From positions 220,552 to 269,993 of the forward strand of contig BLSG01000419.1 in assembly GCA_012862495.1 (NCBI GenBank): DNA of 49,442 nucleotides. The letters run 5' to 3'. The notes beneath the pieces are model-generated. The model was not told the origin of the DNA, did no database searches, and saw only the letters and a list, made by a program, of their open reading frames with translations. The position numbers were made by a program, and so were the translations under genes. Shown in pieces: positions 43,780-49,442 of this stretch. The stretch comes from Thraustochytrium aureum (Eukaryota). Position 1 is the stretch's first letter. The number at the start of each line of letters is the position of its first letter.

Positions 43780-44505
43780 CTATCCGGCCGGGCCCGGGGC
43801 CTTGCACCACCAGCCGCGCGGGCGCGGGCCCTCTTTGGCATGCTCTCGCTTAATCCCGACCTTTGCGGCGGGAAAGTCGCTTGCGCGGACGAAAACGACG
43901 TGCCGCGGCAGGTCCTCTGGCTGGTCGCCGTCCCACTTGTGGTCGCGGTTCTTGTCGCATATCGTGCGCCCAAAGCGCCGCCTCCCGTTCAAGCACAGCC
44001 CGCAGCTCAAGCAAGCATAGTACTCGCGAGCGCGGTAATCTTGCTCCACCTCGTTTGCTTCCAACGCGTGCACCCAAGCGACGATGGCGAGGCTGCCAAC
44101 TTGCGATGCCTCGTCAAGCGGCGTCAGGCCATTGTAAGCCTCCACCTGAAGCAGCGCTGGGCACGCTTCTGCAACGGCCTTGAAGACGCGAATGTCCCCA
44201 GAGCGCGCGGCAAGGTGAAGGCAGGTCCTTCCCTCCTGGTCGACCATGTCCACTGCCTCGTCCTCCGCTATGCCGGCCAGCGCCTCCGCGACCCGTTCCA
44301 CCTCCCCGCTCGCACAGGCGGTCCAAAGCAGGCGCTGATCCTCGTCCATCTCCTCGTCCTCGGCATTCTCTACACCCTCAGCATCGTCAGCGTCTTCAAA
44401 GCCATCGTCGCTTGCGAGCCGATGGATCCCTGACGCGGGCTCGCCGTCGTCGTCGGCTTGAAACTCGTCGCTGTCCTCCAAATCATCGTCAGACGCCGCT
44501 TCCAT
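43780..44505 (-). CDS. Ankyrin-repeat protein with acidic N-terminus and a Cys/His-containing C-terminal segment
   Basis: ATG 44505, D/E-rich leader, ankyrin motifs DQEGRTCLHLAA..G and NGLTPLDEA...G, then YYACLSCG. The 3' end is uncertain. Confidence 0.75.
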   Translation of the reverse strand: MEAASDDDLEDSDEFQADDDGEPASGIHRLASDDGFEDADDAEGVENAEDEEMDEDQRLLWTACASGEVERVAEALAGIAEDEAVDMVDQEGRTCLHLAARSGDIRVFKAVAEACPALLQVEAYNGLTPLDEASQVGSLAIVAWVHALEANEVEQDYRAREYYACLSCGLCLNGRRRFGRTICDKNRDHKWDGDQPEDLPRHVVFVRASDFPAAKVGIKREHAKEGPRPRGWWCKAPGPAG

Positions 44506-45005
44506 CGCCAAGCGGCAGGATTAGAGCCTCTGCGCGTCCCGCGGCGCTCCACGCTCCAGCTGCGCTACGCTCCAGCTGCGCACCAAGTCGATTGAACCAT
44601 CGGGGGCGTGGGACGGGCAACCTCGACATCGTCCAAGTTGTCTGTAACGGTAACAACAGCTCTTTGTGCCCCAAACCAGACAGCATTCACCCGTCCACGT
44701 GCACGACTCNNNNNNNNNNNNNNNNNNNNNNNNNNNNNNNNNNNNNNNNNNNNNNNNNNNNNNNNNNNNNNNNNNNNNNNNNNNNNNNNNNNNNNNNNNN
44801 NNNNNNNNNNNNNNNNNNNNNNNNNNNNNNNNNNNNNNNNNNNNNNNNNNNNNNNNNNNNNNNNNNNNNNNNNNNNNNNNNNNNNNNNNNAACGGTGCGC
44901 GCATCGGGGCAGAGCGCAGACTGGCGGAGATTGCAGGCGTTGGCGTTGGTGGCGGTGCTTGCTCCTTCTGCTTGCCTTCAAGTCGCGTTGTGTGGTGGCC
45001 GCGAC

Positions 45006-48000
45006 ATGCTCAACGCCGCGCACGACGCCGCAGCGGCCGACGGCGCTCGTGAAGATGACCCCAAGGCGGAGGCCGAGACAGGCAGGGACGGCGACCAGAG
45101 CGTTGCAGCGCCGAAGAAGGCGAAACGCGGCGGGGAGGCGTCGATTTCGACCAGCAAGGTCGCCCCCGAAAACCACGAGGACTGGGCACACGGAGTTGAC
45201 GATGGGCCCGGGGATGAGGCGATGCCCTCGCTCAAGGCTCTGGTAAACCTTAGCAAAGCGCAGAGAGCCTTCTATGCACATCACTTTGGCAGTGTGCCCC
45301 CCGCGCGGTTCGTTGCTGACAAAATTGCGTCGACAAGGCACCTGGTGAGGCTGGTTAGGGCGCTGGCTGTCTTGTTCATTCTGAGCGTGGTTTCTGCGGC
45401 GCTGACAGCGACAAGCGCGTGCTCTGCAGCCACCGCCCTTTCTTACAGCGCCTTCCTCGTGGGAGCGCTGGTGCTGGTCGGCATGTACGGGGCTTGGAGA
45501 CTGCCACGCGACCTCGCAAGTGACCTGGACGGCGTCGAAACCACCGCGCAGCACCTCTTGCAAACCTTCTTTCATGGGACTTGGGTTTTATTAAGTGCGG
45601 TGGCATTGCCAGCCGCAAGCGTGCTCTTGGCCGACCACGAGACTGCTTGCCCTGATGACGAATTCGCCGACCTCGCTCTGGCCGGGGCCAGGACGATCGT
45701 CTTTGCGAGCATCGCAGCCGTGATCGCCATGTACGACGCGGTCCACCTCGTGACGCTGTACGAGATCGTCCAGTCGATGCAGGAGCTGGCTTGCTTGTGG
45801 ATGCTCGCCGGGGCCGCGCTCCTTGCAACCTTGGCTGTGATGACCTCCAATCGAGTTGTCTTCCTCTCGGTGTCGTACGACCTCGAGGGGGAGGCGTCAA
45901 GCTGGGTCGCTTTGGCGATTGTCTGGGGCGTGACGATGGTTCCACTGTCCGTTTATGGGTTTTTCGCGGGCTGGACAGAACGCAAAGGGCTGTTGAAGAT
46001 GCATGTCGGTGCGTCCTCCGTGATGTTTGTATTTGCTGTCGTATGCTTCGCCCTGCTCGCTGGCTCCGAAAAGCACGAGCTTGCAGTCCTGGACAGCCAG
46101 TGCGAGCGCGTGCTAGCTCTGATGGGCCAAGACTGGCTCATGGGCAACTTTGCCTGCGCAAAGTACGACGCAGAGAAGCTCCAAGAGAGCGTCTCGAACC
46201 CACTTCGTCCTCCGGTTTGCGAGAGAGAGGTCAACTCCAAAGCGGCGACCACGGTGGCTTGGGAGAAGGGGGGCACGTGCGTCATAGCTTGCATGGATGC
46301 AGGCTGCTGCAAGTCAATCAAGTCCACACTTTTCGCTCTGGAGATGGCTGTGGCTTACGGGGGGCTTTGGCTCCTTCTTGTCCTGGGCACTGGAACGTGG
46401 GCCAGCTGGTATTTATACAAGCACGTCTCGGAGAGCGGCGGCCCCAATTCACAGGTGTTGCACCACCGGCGCAGCGGGAAAATTGCAGTTGCCATAATAT
46501 CAGTGGCCAGCCTCGCCATTGCGGTCGTAAGTGGCCTTCACTTTGGCGCTTCAGTGTCATCGCAGACAGCGAGCGAGCGCTCAGCGCTTTGTAACTTTAA
46601 CACGACTTTGCCGCCAGTCGAACAAAATGAGACCGTTGCATCGTGCAACAACGGGATCCAGGATGGAAGCGAGCTCGGAGTGGACTGCGGAGGCAGTTCG
46701 TGCTCGTTTTGCCCCACTCGCGACGACGGCGACGAGTATTCAAGCGCGGACCAATTGAATCCAACATCGGCGCCAACGGGCGCAGCGCAGCAAAACTCCT
46801 CGACGGCACCAACGAGCACGCCTGCAACAACAACATCACCAACAACGAGTGAGCGCGTCCCGCAGGTGTCAGTGACGCTTGAGTGGAGCGCAGGAAGCGG
46901 GTGCACGCTCGGCGGCACAGGCGGTGGCGTCTGGGAGCGCAACGCAGGCTGCGACGAGCCACAAGACCTGGACCTCAAAGTGCGATTTCTAGCTGGCGAC
47001 GGTCAGACTTGCACAGTTTCGAGCCTCGCCGGCGTCTTGGACCGGTGCGGTGGCGCAGTTCACCTTGGGGACGCCGCATTTGCGCAAGGCACGGCCTCGG
47101 AGACAATTGAGGTCGGCGAAATGGTGAGGGCGCTCTACGTCTTTTATGTTGAGAACCGGCGTGCTGACAGGCCGCTGGAGAAATCCGGCGCGTCTATCAC
47201 AGTTAAAACGGGCGGTACAGATGCTGGCCGGTTCACGCTGCCGTTGGTGGACGAGTCTTCCTTTGACCTACTCGGGCTCGACAAGCGGTTTGCCACTATG
47301 CCAGCAATCCAGGAGACGATCAACATGCAAGGTGATCGGTCCACGAGCTACACCTTTGCTCGCGTGGTGTGCGTTGATGCCACAATCGCAGACAGCCCGG
47401 TTGTGTTTTCGTGCCCGCAGTACTTTTTGGAAGTCAATGAAGATCGCGTTCACACGTGCGACGCAGCCACAACTTGCAAGGGTTGCTCCCTCGAGGGCGA
47501 GCGGAGCAAGTGGTCCAGCCTGGACGCCTCACCGAGTGTCGTGACGACGTGTCAGGACCCCGATCCTGGGCTTGGTTTTGTCCCATTCGAAAGCAGCCCC
47601 GAACCGGGCGACCCTGGCGTCTTGAGCGCTGGCTGGTACATCGACCCAGTCTTTTTGTCGGAGACTCCGCGGTCTTGCGTGCAGGTCTGCAGCAGTCTCA
47701 ACATGAGCTGTAGCGACGACGAAATGGCCACGGTGACGAGCTCAGCGACATGCGAAGCCAAATTTGCAGAGGCTATGCGGGGCTGGTGCGCCTCACAGGA
47801 CGTAAACTATCGCTACTCAACTGAGACATTCAAGCCAAAGACTGGTGGCATCCCGCAGTACGCTGGGCGGGACAACTTGGCGCACTGCGTTTGCCAGAAA
47901 GGGTTCTTGCCGTCGCCTGGCGAGACCTTGGCGTCGGAGGGCATCGAGCTACACGGGGACGCAGTTGTGACGGTGGACCTGGGTGGCAGCTTCAACGACC

Positions 48001-48395
48001 CCGGGGCTGCCTGCCTCAGGTCGGGCCAGACCCTGCAGAGCAATGGTCAAACTGTGGATACGAGTCATGCTGGAACCTATGTTTTGCGCTATTCGTGCTG
48101 CGGTGGATCTGTGCAGTGTTCGGACACGGTAGAGCGCCTGGTCCTCGTGAACAACAACGCCGCGGGCGACTGCGCCAATTTGTTGGATGGGTCGAATCTT
48201 GCTTTCGAGGACATTTACGTGTTTGGAGGATGCATGGTTGACCGCGCGTTTAGCGTGGTGATGAACAACGCGTTCGCCGGTTTCCCGGACCCAGAGAATG
48301 AGCTGATTTTCGGCTCTGCAAGCTTTGTAGCACCTGGTGCATGTTCAGAGCACCCCTCATACGCGACAGACCGGCGTGTTTGTTTTTGTGAATGA
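45006..48395 (+). CDS. Polytopic membrane protein (about 9 TM, tandem tetraspanin-like) with a large Cys-rich multidomain C-terminal ectodomain
   Basis: About 1129-aa ORF (frame is open back to the gap at 44890). Nine hydrophobic segments, a Cys-rich loop between TM7 and TM8, then SCNNGIQDGSELGVDCGG, a Thr/Pro stalk, a DLDL-containing beta domain and an Ig-like module. Confidence 0.8.
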   Translation: MLNAAHDAAAADGAREDDPKAEAETGRDGDQSVAAPKKAKRGGEASISTSKVAPENHEDWAHGVDDGPGDEAMPSLKALVNLSKAQRAFYAHHFGSVPPARFVADKIASTRHLVRLVRALAVLFILSVVSAALTATSACSAATALSYSAFLVGALVLVGMYGAWRLPRDLASDLDGVETTAQHLLQTFFHGTWVLLSAVALPAASVLLADHETACPDDEFADLALAGARTIVFASIAAVIAMYDAVHLVTLYEIVQSMQELACLWMLAGAALLATLAVMTSNRVVFLSVSYDLEGEASSWVALAIVWGVTMVPLSVYGFFAGWTERKGLLKMHVGASSVMFVFAVVCFALLAGSEKHELAVLDSQCERVLALMGQDWLMGNFACAKYDAEKLQESVSNPLRPPVCEREVNSKAATTVAWEKGGTCVIACMDAGCCKSIKSTLFALEMAVAYGGLWLLLVLGTGTWASWYLYKHVSESGGPNSQVLHHRRSGKIAVAIISVASLAIAVVSGLHFGASVSSQTASERSALCNFNTTLPPVEQNETVASCNNGIQDGSELGVDCGGSSCSFCPTRDDGDEYSSADQLNPTSAPTGAAQQNSSTAPTSTPATTTSPTTSERVPQVSVTLEWSAGSGCTLGGTGGGVWERNAGCDEPQDLDLKVRFLAGDGQTCTVSSLAGVLDRCGGAVHLGDAAFAQGTASETIEVGEMVRALYVFYVENRRADRPLEKSGASITVKTGGTDAGRFTLPLVDESSFDLLGLDKRFATMPAIQETINMQGDRSTSYTFARVVCVDATIADSPVVFSCPQYFLEVNEDRVHTCDAATTCKGCSLEGERSKWSSLDASPSVVTTCQDPDPGLGFVPFESSPEPGDPGVLSAGWYIDPVFLSETPRSCVQVCSSLNMSCSDDEMATVTSSATCEAKFAEAMRGWCASQDVNYRYSTETFKPKTGGIPQYAGRDNLAHCVCQKGFLPSPGETLASEGIELHGDAVVTVDLGGSFNDPGAACLRSGQTLQSNGQTVDTSHAGTYVLRYSCCGGSVQCSDTVERLVLVNNNAAGDCANLLDGSNLAFEDIYVFGGCMVDRAFSVVMNNAFAGFPDPENELIFGSASFVAPGACSEHPSYATDRRVCFCE

Positions 48396-48650
48396 CTCAA
48401 AGAGATCGAAACGCGATGTGATTACAGAACAGCTAAAATTGTACAAGCGAAAAGCAACCCTCGGATTGAAGTGAAAACGCTTTTGATTGAAACCGGACGA
48501 AGCAGAAAGACGCAGCTCAGAACCAGAAGACAGCCCCGCCTTCGGAGCTGAACGCTCTCATCCGAGTCGCCCAATTGAATTCGCACAGTCCTGGAACTCT
48601 TGTCCTGCATGCTTGATAGTTTGATGCTGCGAAACTTGCTCGTGGCGCGC

Positions 48651-49442
48651 TCAGATCGGATCCAAGGAGCAAACGACGGTCTCATCGCACGGGATGGTCC
48701 CGTTGCTGAAGCAGCAATTCATGTATTCTGTTGGCGAGGCTGTCGGACCTGCGCTTGGAGATTCAGTTGCCGACACTAGTGTTGATGGCGACGACGTTGG
48801 AGTTGGATTGGGTATGGGGCTTTGTGTGGGCGCGCCGCTCTCATCTGTGTCTCTCGTAACAACGATCAAGATGACTATGATGATGATGATGGATACGCAC
48901 ACCGCAACAATCCAAAGCGTCCCGCACTTGCGTTTTGCTCTTGGGGCCATCGGCTCGCCTTCTGGGTGAACCTTGGAATCTGGAGCCTTGGTCGGCTTGA
49001 CAGGTAAAATGCCATTGTCAGCTTCAATGTCATCACTTGGACCAGGGACCGCGGGCCAGGTTGGTTCCATGGGCTTCGCAGGCTCAACTGGCTCGACAGG
49101 CATTGCGGGCGTCTCCGGTTTGACTGGCTCAAGTGGTGCCGCGGGTTCTTCGGGCTCCTTTGATGGAGCAGGCTCCTCGGGCTTCACGGGTTCTTCAGGC
49201 TCCTTTGACGGGGCAGGCTCCTCGGGCTCTTCGGGCTCTTTGGGCTCGTCCGGTGCCTCCGGCTCGGCAGGCTCGGCAGGTTCCACAGGTACTGCGGGTT
49301 GAACCGGCTCTGTCGGCTCTTCGGGATTCGCCGGATATTCATCGTCCGGAGGTTGCGGTTTGTTGTCGTTCTCATAAGAAGGTTCGGGCTCGACCTTCTC
49401 CTCGTTGGGCTCCGGATCGTTGTACGGTGCAGGCTCAGGATC
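48651..49442 (-). CDS. Pro/Glu-repeat single-pass membrane protein; 5' end outside the window
   Basis: The frame is open from the window edge (DPEPAPYNDPEP...). EPxEP repeats, basic RAKRK directly before the TM LWIVAVCVSIIIIIVILIVV, then a PT/PS stalk and a 4-Cys tip. Confidence 0.75.
   Translation of the reverse strand, partial: DPEPAPYNDPEPNEEKVEPEPSYENDNKPQPPDDEYPANPEEPTEPVQPAVPVEPAEPAEPEAPDEPKEPEEPEEPAPSKEPEEPVKPEEPAPSKEPEEPAAPLEPVKPETPAMPVEPVEPAKPMEPTWPAVPGPSDDIEADNGILPVKPTKAPDSKVHPEGEPMAPRAKRKCGTLWIVAVCVSIIIIIVILIVVTRDTDESGAPTQSPIPNPTPTSSPSTLVSATESPSAGPTASPTEYMNCCFSNGTIPCDETVVCSLDPI

Overview
This is GC-rich, gene-dense, intron-poor eukaryotic DNA from a flagellate protist. CFAP52 and an LRRC74-like gene indicate flagella; a labyrinthulomycete/thraustochytrid-like stramenopile is my inference from style, not established. 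It is a draft assembly with eight N gaps (1535-2018, 9264-10022, 14048-14731, 18612-19293, 21165-21371, 32667-32857, 42224-42430, 44710-44890) and seven single-base frameshifts, mostly at homopolymers, inside otherwise intact genes. About 17 protein genes can be supported. In order: CFAP52 (5' partial); a Q-rich protein with an unclassified C-terminal domain (candidate transcription factor); HIR-type SPFH protein; NAA40-like GNAT; WD/MORN/PHD protein with a KANSL1-like PEHE region; DNAJC3; Sec14/CRAL-TRIO protein; two divergent paralogous trypsins with shared Cys-rich tails; an LRRC74-like LRR gene head-to-head with a giant DUF4062-NACHT-WD40-Zn ribbon-Ig/ASH STAND protein; an EF-hand 5'-nucleotidase; a coiled-coil protein; a secreted Sel1-repeat protein; an ankyrin protein; a 9-TM double-tetraspanin-like protein with a bacterial-style ectodomain; and a Pro/Glu-rich membrane protein (5' partial). 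A probable decayed integrase relic and several tandem repeats are intergenic. I saw no rRNA, tRNA or CRISPR array. All domain calls come from reading motifs by eye; no searches were run.
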